This document shows, piece after piece, positions 7,914 through 15,293 of a stretch of DNA of 50,559 nt. Position 1 is the first letter of the stretch, and the number at the start of each line of letters is the position of its first letter. The notes under the pieces were generated by a model, which saw only the letters and a list, made by a program, of their open reading frames with translations, searched no databases and was not told the DNA's origin. Source of the DNA: Thermodesulfovibrionales bacterium (GTDB lineage: Bacteria; Nitrospirota; Thermodesulfovibrionia; Thermodesulfovibrionales; UBA6898); assembly GCA_020056455.1 (NCBI GenBank), contig JAGVHR010000015.1, positions 1-50,559 on the forward strand, in the 5' to 3' direction. The translations under genes were made by a program, and so were the position numbers.

Positions 7914-7943
7914 TTTTCCACTGCCACAGTTTTCAACTGCCAC
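7914..7943. promoter_or_regulatory. Tandem direct repeat TTTTCCACTGCCAC-ag-TTTTCAACTGCCAC; candidate upstream activator (enhancer) site
   Basis: Two 14-mers (13/14 identical) about 100-130 nt upstream of the predicted sigma-54 transcription start. Related copies occur at 7003-7014 (TTTTCAACTGCC) and 6940-6948 (TTCAACTGC). Confidence 0.45.
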
Positions 7944-7967
7944 CGCAGGCTTGAAGTCCACAGACAC

Positions 7968-8915
7968 TCACGGAAGACCCGTCCCTATCCGCCTCTGGAG
8001 TATCACCTGGTTCAGATGCTCCTTTGTTTTAAAGGTGAGGTAGTCCTTCTTGTCCAGCTCGTAGAGCTGTTTCCTGTAGCGGTCCGTAAAATCGTACCAC
8101 TCGCTGGTCCTCATGCTGAAACGACTTTTTTCGGGATAGCGCAACGTATTTATGAAGGATTGTATCGCGAAATAGTACCGGACAGCATTGCGCTCAATCG
8201 CGCCGCGCGGTCCACTTATATAAACGGGGTTGCCATTTCTGTCTGTTCCGGTGACGGTGTACCCTACCTTGCCCCGACCGAGTGTCGAGAAATAGACCTT
8301 TCCCGCGAGGCGAAGCGCAACACTGTCGCTATATGCATAACTGACGTGGACAAAGGTCCTTCCCCTGTCAAGAGGCAGGGCCTCGAACCTCATCCTGTGA
8401 TCCTTTGTGCCGAAAGGGCCTTCATCGGCATCTAAAATGATATCCAGATACCCCTGTTGCTGATCAACTTTCCGGTAATGGTAAATGACTTGACGCGCGT
8501 CTTCCGGAGGTTGATAAACTTTGCGGCCAACGTAAAAGATCAGTCGCCATGTCCCGGGTAGCTCCCTGAACGTACACGCCTTAACATTGGGATGGAGGGA
8601 CACGATATCGCACCAGTTTGCAGGGGCCTTGAGTACATTGACAACACTACTGAAGGGATAATCTAATATCCCGTAAACGTCCACATGCACTCTGTCGCCT
8701 CTCTCAAAAGACTCCAGAAAGAGAGGGACGCCAAAGTTGTTTCTCTCAAATTTGGCCGTGTTCCTATGATAGGCGTCAAGCAGAATGTCTTCACCCTTCA
8801 GGGGCGTTTCAGCTGCTATAGCAAAACCAGCAGAAAATACAATCGCAGTTACGACAATGAACAGGAAGAATTTCAGAGGGTTTCTGAGCTTATGCATCTG
8901 ATTCACATGACTCAA
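7968..8915 (-). CDS. Exported hypothetical protein, possibly an SRPBCC/START-like fold
   Basis: Signal-peptide-like N-terminus (LKFFLFIVVTAIVFSAGFAIAAE). No catalytic motif recognised. The track start is TTG; the ATG at 8897 (MHKLRN) is an alternative. Confidence 0.6.
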   Translation of the reverse strand: MSHVNQMHKLRNPLKFFLFIVVTAIVFSAGFAIAAETPLKGEDILLDAYHRNTAKFERNNFGVPLFLESFERGDRVHVDVYGILDYPFSSVVNVLKAPANWCDIVSLHPNVKACTFRELPGTWRLIFYVGRKVYQPPEDARQVIYHYRKVDQQQGYLDIILDADEGPFGTKDHRMRFEALPLDRGRTFVHVSYAYSDSVALRLAGKVYFSTLGRGKVGYTVTGTDRNGNPVYISGPRGAIERNAVRYYFAIQSFINTLRYPEKSRFSMRTSEWYDFTDRYRKQLYELDKKDYLTFKTKEHLNQVILQRRIGTGLP

Positions 8916-9074
8916 CGACTAAGGTTGTTTAGACTGTAGTCTGTTAGGTCTGTGCAAAGAACGCTCCAAGGCCCCCAACACCTCGGCCAGTTCAAATGCT
9001 CTGAGCATTGCATGATCTCGCATAGTTATTTCCCCTATTTACCTAAACACCTACAAGCCTATCCACCTGTGTAG

Positions 9075-10466
9075 TTACAACCATCGGATGAATAAATTCA
9101 AAAACCACTCCCTGATCCTGGGCAACAAAGGTCTTTTTTTCCACTCATCCCATTGAATATGCCTGGAATTCTCAAGATCCCCGGCAAACATCTTCTCCAT
9201 TTCCGCAGCAAACTCTCGATTCAGGATAATCGCATTCACCTCGTCATTGTTTAATAAGCTCAGGAAGTCCATGTTGGTTGAGCCGACTGTTGACCAGACC
9301 TTGTCGACCACTGCGGTTTTGGCGTGCAGCAGGGAAGTACTGTGTTCGTATATCTTCACTCCTGACTTCAAAAGTCCGGAATAATGATACCTCTGCGCAT
9401 GTAATGCCAGCTGAGAATCGGTGATCCCGGGGAGAATGAGCTTTACGTCTACACCGCGCCTGGCAGCATCAGCAAGGGCCTTAACTATCTGGTCGTCAGG
9501 GATAAAATAGGAATTCGTCATGTGAATTGAATGTTCCGCAAAAGTGATGGCGGACACATACACAATAAAAGGGACACGGTTGTCCTCTCCCGGAGTGCTG
9601 CCGATTACCCTCACCAGTGCATCCCCTGCTTCTTTCATCTCAGGAAAATAGTTTTCCCCTGAAAGCTCCGGGCCCTTCTGCTTCTGCCAGGTGTCAAGAA
9701 AAAGCTTCTGCAATTCAGCCACGGCAGGGCCTTCAATTTGAATGTCTGTGTCACGCCAGTGAATCGGCGCCTTTTTGTCTTGTTTCCGCTTGAAAGGACT
9801 GCTTGAATAAACCTCGCTGATGTTGATGCCCCCTGCAAAGGCGACTTTGCCGTCGATGATCAAAATCTTGCGGTGGTCCCGGTGTGTCAGTCCCCATTTC
9901 TCACGGGCCTTCAGTGGATTTATTGGATTGAATTCAACCACCTGAATTCCACCGTCGCGCAGGCACTGGAAAAAAGAAGCGGGAGTCTTCATGCTGCCCA
10001 CGCTGTCATAAATGACATTAACCTGGACACCTTCGGCCTGTTTTTGCAGCAACAGATCGGCAAATTTTCGACTTGTTTCATCGTCTTCAATGATAAAGCT
10101 TTCAAGGTTGATATGGTCTTTGGCATTCTCTATGGCTTTGAACATGGCGGCATAGGTCGCCTGACCATCGGCGAGCAGAGTGACTTTGTTCCCCTTTGTC
10201 AGCGGACTTTCGGTGACCGATTCTACCACAATAATGTGGCGTTCCAGAATGTCCGTCGGATCGACAGATCGCTTCAGCCGATCCATGATGGTTTTGCTCT
10301 TTTTGGAAGATATCAGTCCTTTGGACGAAACTATTTGATTGGGTTTCTGTTCGGTCGGCGCCTCATCAATTATCTCAGAGACTTTAGGCAAGGTCGCACA
10401 TCCACTGCTGAGGCTCAGGATGGACACAAACAGAAAGAACAAAAAGAAAGGCCTAATGATTGTCAT
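9075..10466 (-). CDS. cls: Cardiolipin synthase / phospholipase D family protein (lipoprotein-type signal)
   Basis: Two HKD motifs (HRDHRKILIIDG and LHAKTAVVD...GSTNMD). Lipobox-like LSLSSGC. Start chosen at the ATG at 10466 (MTIIRPFF), preceded by AGGA; the ORF is open up to 10511. Confidence 0.85.
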   Translation of the reverse strand: MTIIRPFFLFFLFVSILSLSSGCATLPKVSEIIDEAPTEQKPNQIVSSKGLISSKKSKTIMDRLKRSVDPTDILERHIIVVESVTESPLTKGNKVTLLADGQATYAAMFKAIENAKDHINLESFIIEDDETSRKFADLLLQKQAEGVQVNVIYDSVGSMKTPASFFQCLRDGGIQVVEFNPINPLKAREKWGLTHRDHRKILIIDGKVAFAGGINISEVYSSSPFKRKQDKKAPIHWRDTDIQIEGPAVAELQKLFLDTWQKQKGPELSGENYFPEMKEAGDALVRVIGSTPGEDNRVPFIVYVSAITFAEHSIHMTNSYFIPDDQIVKALADAARRGVDVKLILPGITDSQLALHAQRYHYSGLLKSGVKIYEHSTSLLHAKTAVVDKVWSTVGSTNMDFLSLLNNDEVNAIILNREFAAEMEKMFAGDLENSRHIQWDEWKKRPLLPRIREWFLNLFIRWL

Positions 10467-10541
10467 AGTATATCCTATCAGGAAATAGACCCATTCGTCA
10501 TGACTATCCATTATCTGGGTGCAACCCTATCGAAATTTTTA

Positions 10542-10616
10542 TGGTAGGCCCGGGCGGTTTCGAACCGCCGACCTCTACCGTGTCAAGGTAGCGCTCTCCC
10601 CCTGAGCTACGAGCCT
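10542..10616 (-). tRNA. tRNA-Val (anticodon GAC), CCA encoded
   Basis: Manual cloverleaf: acceptor AGGCTCG/CGGGCCT, D arm GCTC/GAGC, anticodon stem CTACC/GGTAG with loop TTGACAC, T arm GGCGG-TTCGAAA-CCGCC, discriminator A, then CCA. 75 nt. Confidence 0.9.
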
Positions 10617-10646
10617 ATTTTAGGAGATACTGCGAGGCGATATAGA

Positions 10647-10675
10647 TTTAAACCAAATGAGCGGCTTTTTGTCAA
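10647..10675 (-). promoter_or_regulatory. Candidate sigma-70 promoter for tRNA-Val
   Basis: The minus strand reads TTGACA, a 17-nt spacer, then TTTAAA, about 30 nt upstream of the mature tRNA 5' end. Confidence 0.4.
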
Positions 10676-10721
10676 GAGAAAGCCCGCAGTGACTTGAAAA
10701 TCAAGGCGTTGAAGAACATGC

Positions 10722-11975
10722 CTAAAACAGCCTGACCTCAACTACCTCGCCCTTTTCGACGCCGTTTCTGCTCGCCGGGATCATGAAGGTCCCGTCCGCA
10801 CGGACCAGGGTACTGATCAGCCCTGATTTTCCGAGAATGGGGACTGCCCATATTCCATCCTCATGCTGCTCAAGCATGGCCCTGATATGCTCCTCCCGGC
10901 CCTGCACTGAAGCAATATTTCTGCTCAGCCTTGCCTGGACAACCCCTTTCATTCTGTGGGCCAGGCCACTGTCAAGGCCGGACAGCAGATCCAGGACAGG
11001 CCTTATGAATATATCAAAACAGACGCTCACTGCAGCAGGATGCCCGGGAAGACCGAAAATAGGAATGCCGTTGACAACTCCTCCGATCATAGGTTTTCCA
11101 GGCTTTAAAGAAATCCCGTGAAAGAGGACCCCCGGATTTCCGATATCTTCAATAATTCTCTCAAGCATGTCTTTTGTGCCGACGGAAGTGCCGCCGGATA
11201 CTGCTATAGCGTCCGAATCCTTCACTGCCTCCTCAATCGCAGTCCTGATGGTATTGTAATCATCCCTGAAAATACCCTTCCTTCGCGGGGTCCCTCCGGA
11301 ATTGGAAACCATCGCGGCTATGACATAGGAATTCGTGTCCCGTATCCTGCCAAACGACGGTTTGTCATGAGGAGGAACGACCTCATCTCCTGTGGATATA
11401 ATCGAGACGACCGGCCGCTTAAAAACACTGATAGTGGTCAATCCGATGCCTGCGCAGGCCCCTATATCCTGAGGACGAATCCCGCGGCCCTTCCTGACTA
11501 CAACTTCATCCTTCTTCACATCATCGCCGGCCTTAATCACGTTTTCCCCTGGAGCGACAGGCTTCAATACCTCTATCATGCTGCCGTCAGCGAGCTGCAC
11601 ATGTTCGAACATGACAACCGCGTCAGCGCCATCAGGAAGCATTCCACCGGTAGGTATCCTGGCAGCAGAGACTTCAGAGAGAACAAAATCAGCATGCTCA
11701 CCCATGAAGATTTCCCGCGAAAGGGTCAGATAGGCAGGCATGGTCTCTGTTGCACCAAAGGTATCAACAGACCTGACAGCGTAACCATCCACTGTAGAGC
11801 GCGAAAAAGCAGGCAGATCATCTCCCGCAATAATATCCTCTGCGCATACCATACCAAGAGATTTTTCCGCCTCTATACTTATTATCTCCGTCCTTTTTGA
11901 CGAAAGAGCATCAATCAGCAGGCCAAGCGCCTTGTCGGCTGTCATAATACCTTCACGCCCGAGCATATCTTTCAT
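10722..11975 (-). CDS. moeA: Molybdopterin molybdenumtransferase MoeA
   Basis: Typical MoeA length of 417 aa. Motifs FSRSTVDGYAV, STGDE and VSGGTSVGTKD. C-terminal MoeA domain IV. Confidence 0.9.
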   Translation of the reverse strand: MKDMLGREGIMTADKALGLLIDALSSKRTEIISIEAEKSLGMVCAEDIIAGDDLPAFSRSTVDGYAVRSVDTFGATETMPAYLTLSREIFMGEHADFVLSEVSAARIPTGGMLPDGADAVVMFEHVQLADGSMIEVLKPVAPGENVIKAGDDVKKDEVVVRKGRGIRPQDIGACAGIGLTTISVFKRPVVSIISTGDEVVPPHDKPSFGRIRDTNSYVIAAMVSNSGGTPRRKGIFRDDYNTIRTAIEEAVKDSDAIAVSGGTSVGTKDMLERIIEDIGNPGVLFHGISLKPGKPMIGGVVNGIPIFGLPGHPAAVSVCFDIFIRPVLDLLSGLDSGLAHRMKGVVQARLSRNIASVQGREEHIRAMLEQHEDGIWAVPILGKSGLISTLVRADGTFMIPASRNGVEKGEVVEVRLF

Positions 11976-12005
11976 AGCAGCTATTATACCCTATCGTTGC
12001 AAAAG

Positions 12006-13697
12006 TTATTCACGCAAGGTCACGATAGTCTGGCTGCGAAAAACATTATCCATGACATTAAATACTTTCAAGCCCGACCTTCCCTCCGGTCCGGTCCGAA
12101 GCCCTGGAATAAACTCTGTTTCTGCGCGGTCCGTGATAATTGCAACCGCTCTTCTGTCCCCCGCTGCGCTGCCCTTTTGATAATAGGACGGATTTTTATA
12201 AGTCCAGGTGAATCTCAGCGGTGATGTTTCAAAATCAGCCGGCAGCGGATAGTCGCTCTGGGCGTAGCTGTACGAGATCTCCGCGCCTGAGTACAGATCA
12301 AGGAGGGGCACAAACACAGCCGGATTCATGACATACTCTCCAGGGATCGGCGTTGCAACTCGGACTGCGTGTACATTCCGACTGTCCAGATACTTTGCCG
12401 CCTCCCTTATATTGACCGCGCTTGTGTTCTCTAAAAAAAGGAGAAAGCCGCCAAGTGCAATGGTAAGTGAATATGCGACCACAGAAAAAGAGACAAGCCG
12501 TATTCTTACCCTGTCTCTGAACTGCATAAGTCCATAGGAGGCCATTAGGCAAACCATCGGAAAGATCATGACAAGATATCGTATCCTTTTGATCTGAAGA
12601 GCCAGCATGATAATAACAAGCCACGCAACGATAACAAAAGCAGCATCCCGTTTCCTGAGGGCAGCATAAACCGAAGCAGTTGCCAGCGCAGGGATGACCG
12701 GATGCATCTGGAAGAAATACGTTGCTGCCATGCTTTCTCCCCAGCGTTTCAGGCCCGGACTCTGATAAGCAATCAGGAGGTGTATCTGCCGGAGCATTTC
12801 ATCATATATAAGCGCTGCAAGGAGAGAGATCAAAAGACATGAGCCAAAAAAAACGAGCGCTCCGCGCAGGACATATCGGCCGGGCTCCAGCCGCCTGTTT
12901 TTGAAAAGTTCCACAGCAAAAATAACCGGCAATACGCTCAGCATCAGCCACGTGGAATACTTCGTAAAAAAAACGATAAAGATGCTCAGGCTTGCCGCAG
13001 CAATCATGCCCCTGCCTCTTCGCAGCGCGAGTAGAAAAGTCCATACAGAGAGCATAAGGAAAAACATGGAAGGTACATCGACAAGCATGAGGGGGACCTG
13101 GGTGTAAAGATAGGGAATTCCGAGAAGCAACAGAGCCGCGTGCAGACCGGTTTCCCTGTTCCAGAGCTCCCTGCCCGTAAAATAGGTAAGCACTACCGCT
13201 CCGGAAAAAAGAAGCGTTGTAAATGCCTGTATGAATACTCTGCTTTCACCGAACACCCTGAAAATTATCCCGAAAAAAAATGGCACTGCCGGAAGGTCAG
13301 TCCAGACATTGATGCTGTTGCCCCATTCCCGCAAGAAATATCCAACACCATAAAGCTCAAGGTGTTTGGCATATGTGAAATACCTCGACGCATCAACGAT
13401 CATCTCAGGCTCATGCCAAAAGCATGCTCCTGCGGCATAGGACAGCAGGAAAAGCGCCCAGGCAGGCGCCTTGTCAAAGATATCAAGACGGGAAGCCACG
13501 AGCGCTGCGAGCAGCGCTGCAATGAGGATTGCTCCTGTCAGCGCAGGCTTCACGACATTAAAAACATCAGCCCAACTGGAAAACCTGCTGTCGTCAAGAG
13601 ACCTGAAGGTATAAAGCAGATAAAAAAGAAGCAGGGACAAAAGGAGCGACAGGACTGAAGTCCCGGCATTCCTGATAATATTTCGACGGCCTTTCAC
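12006..13697 (-). CDS. Polytopic membrane glycosyltransferase, GT-C fold (ArnT / PMT_2 / GT39-like)
   Basis: 563 aa. About 11-12 hydrophobic helices in the first 430 aa and a soluble C-terminal domain. It lies next to LPS core heptosyltransferase genes. Confidence 0.6.
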   Translation of the reverse strand: MKGRRNIIRNAGTSVLSLLLSLLLFYLLYTFRSLDDSRFSSWADVFNVVKPALTGAILIAALLAALVASRLDIFDKAPAWALFLLSYAAGACFWHEPEMIVDASRYFTYAKHLELYGVGYFLREWGNSINVWTDLPAVPFFFGIIFRVFGESRVFIQAFTTLLFSGAVVLTYFTGRELWNRETGLHAALLLLGIPYLYTQVPLMLVDVPSMFFLMLSVWTFLLALRRGRGMIAAASLSIFIVFFTKYSTWLMLSVLPVIFAVELFKNRRLEPGRYVLRGALVFFGSCLLISLLAALIYDEMLRQIHLLIAYQSPGLKRWGESMAATYFFQMHPVIPALATASVYAALRKRDAAFVIVAWLVIIMLALQIKRIRYLVMIFPMVCLMASYGLMQFRDRVRIRLVSFSVVAYSLTIALGGFLLFLENTSAVNIREAAKYLDSRNVHAVRVATPIPGEYVMNPAVFVPLLDLYSGAEISYSYAQSDYPLPADFETSPLRFTWTYKNPSYYQKGSAAGDRRAVAIITDRAETEFIPGLRTGPEGRSGLKVFNVMDNVFRSQTIVTLRE

Positions 13698-13741
13698 AAT
13701 ATCAGATGAAGCTTTAACATCGAGCTGTCCTGTAAGGCCGC

Positions 13742-13912
13742 CTACCAGGATATGACTCTGTCAAAGGCAAAGATGTCGTCGACAAGCTCGTCATAGGACA
13801 CATTGCCGCCTGACAGATCAACGACCTTGACGGCAAACTCCTGTTTCTGGATGCTGATGATCCTGTCGGAAAGGCCGGACGGCCCATCATTTAAAATATG
13901 AAGAATATTCAT
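13742..13912 (-). CDS. Small DsrH/TusB-like protein (56 aa), absent from the supplied ORF track
   Basis: Hand translation: MNILHILNDGPSGLSDRIISIQKQEFAVKVVDLSGGNVSYDELVDDIFAFDRVISW. Both ends resemble TusB (MLHTLH... and ...W at the C-terminus). It starts 12 nt after the stop of the DsrE-like gene. Confidence 0.5.
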   Translation of the reverse strand: MNILHILNDGPSGLSDRIISIQKQEFAVKVVDLSGGNVSYDELVDDIFAFDRVISW

Positions 13913-13924
13913 TTCAATGGACCT

Positions 13925-14227
13925 CTAAAGCACGATTACCTTATCGGCTATGCGGTTCATGGCAACATTATTCAACTGGCTTCCTGCGGCAATCTCCTGC
14001 GACAGGCCTTCATCGCCTATGTCCCTCTGCCTGGCATTAAAGCTGCAAAAACTTGTCGCTACCCCTGTCAATCTGCAAAGCTCCTGCATAGCCGGAGCGT
14101 TCAGCAACTTAGTGCCGTCATCCATAACGAATATAATCACTTCATGCCCTTTGTCAAGAGCAGCGTGCGTGATGCCGGTAACATGGGCAAGGTGCCTGTC
14201 TGTATTTATCAGAATGCCTAATTTCAT
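13925..14227 (-). CDS. DsrE/DsrF (TusD/TusC)-like sulfur-relay family protein (100 aa)
   Basis: MKLGILINTD...HEVIIFVMDDG...IADKVIVL is typical of the DsrE fold. Start set at the internal ATG because the longer ORF (to 14404) overlaps the heptosyltransferase gene by about 146 nt. Confidence 0.6.
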   Translation of the reverse strand: MKLGILINTDRHLAHVTGITHAALDKGHEVIIFVMDDGTKLLNAPAMQELCRLTGVATSFCSFNARQRDIGDEGLSQEIAAGSQLNNVAMNRIADKVIVL

Positions 14228-14258
14228 CGCCTGTATGTCTCCATATGAAAAGGGAACA

Positions 14259-15293
14259 TCAGTTGGCCTTCCTGAGCGCCCTGAGCGCCTCCCTGCTGAC
14301 CGCGTCAGTAGTGATATCGTGCATGCACCTGAGGCCCCTGCATGTCTTTTTAAAACACGGCACACACTCTGCGCTGGACTGGAGTACGATATTACCAGTA
14401 CCATACGGGCCTGTTCTCAGCGGGCTGGTGGGCCCAAAAACAGCGATCACCGGCACATGCAGGGCAGCAGCTATATACATGGGGCCGGAGTCATTAGTGA
14501 TTACCATCCGGGCAGAGCGTATTACAGAGAGCAATTCTTTCAGCCCGGTCTCTCCGGCCAGGGACAAAGCCTTGCCCATCGAGTATGACACTACCTCCTC
14601 AGCAATTCGTCTTTCGGTTTCGCTGCCGATAACTACTGACCTTATAGGAAGCATGGCAGCCACCCTGCCGAAATTCTCAGAGGGCCATATTTTTGTCTTC
14701 CATCTGGCTCCCGGGACAATGACAGAGTATTCACCGAAACGTTTTTTGAGGTCCTGCCCCTTGCCGCTGTTTTCGTCATCAGGGGGAAAAGGGAAAACAA
14801 TATCATCTGACCTGCAGCCGAGCGCAGCTGCTATTTTCATATTCCGCTCAACTGCGTGGACCTCCCTGCCGGCCCTGACTTTTAAAGTATAGAAGAACCT
14901 GCTGCCCTCGCGCGCTTCGGCAAAGCCGACCCTCACAGGCGCACTGGTCACCATGGTTATCAAGCCGCTCCTCAGCAGACCCTGAAGGTCAACAACAAGG
15001 TCATACTGTTCGTTCCTGAGCTGCCTGAAAAGCCTGATTATCTCCTTCAGTGTTGTCTCTGCCGAGGATATCTTCTTCCAAAGGTCCTTGTTGATGCTTA
15101 CAAGCCTGTCGATCATCGGATGCCCCTGAAGCAGTCCTTCAAGGCCCTTTGCAATGACCCAGTGCAGTTCCGCCTTTGGAAAACATGACCTGACGGCATG
15201 CAGAAACGGCAGACTATGCACCACGTCGCCTAGAGAACTGGGTTTGACTATAAGTATTTTTCCAAAGACAGCCCTGCTATGCACTGATCTCAT
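14259..15293 (-). CDS. waaC: Glycosyltransferase family 9, LPS heptosyltransferase I-like
   Basis: KILIVKPSSLGDVVHSLPFL, VDLQGLLRS, HAVERN and ITNDSGPMYIAAAL match the WaaC pattern. Confidence 0.7.
   Translation of the reverse strand: MRSVHSRAVFGKILIVKPSSLGDVVHSLPFLHAVRSCFPKAELHWVIAKGLEGLLQGHPMIDRLVSINKDLWKKISSAETTLKEIIRLFRQLRNEQYDLVVDLQGLLRSGLITMVTSAPVRVGFAEAREGSRFFYTLKVRAGREVHAVERNMKIAAALGCRSDDIVFPFPPDDENSGKGQDLKKRFGEYSVIVPGARWKTKIWPSENFGRVAAMLPIRSVVIGSETERRIAEEVVSYSMGKALSLAGETGLKELLSVIRSARMVITNDSGPMYIAAALHVPVIAVFGPTSPLRTGPYGTGNIVLQSSAECVPCFKKTCRGLRCMHDITTDAVSREALRALRKAN

Noticed and set aside
8919-9023. Minus-strand 34-codon ORF (MRDHAMLRAFELAEVLGALERSLHRPNRLQSKQP) with a GGGGA 7 nt upstream, between cls and the exported protein gene
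   Set aside because: It is too short to support without conservation or expression data, and it has no recognisable motif. It is noted only as a possible small protein.
10542-10616. tRNA-Val as a possible genomic-island integration site
   Set aside because: There is no integrase or recombinase gene and I saw no duplicated tRNA 3' fragment on either side. The flanking genes (cls, moeA) are ordinary chromosomal functions.
13925-14404. Full 159-aa version of the DsrE-like ORF
   Set aside because: The N-terminal 59 residues overlap the 3' end of the heptosyltransferase gene in another frame, are Arg/Ser-rich and look non-protein-like. The DsrE-like similarity begins exactly at the internal MKLGILINTD.
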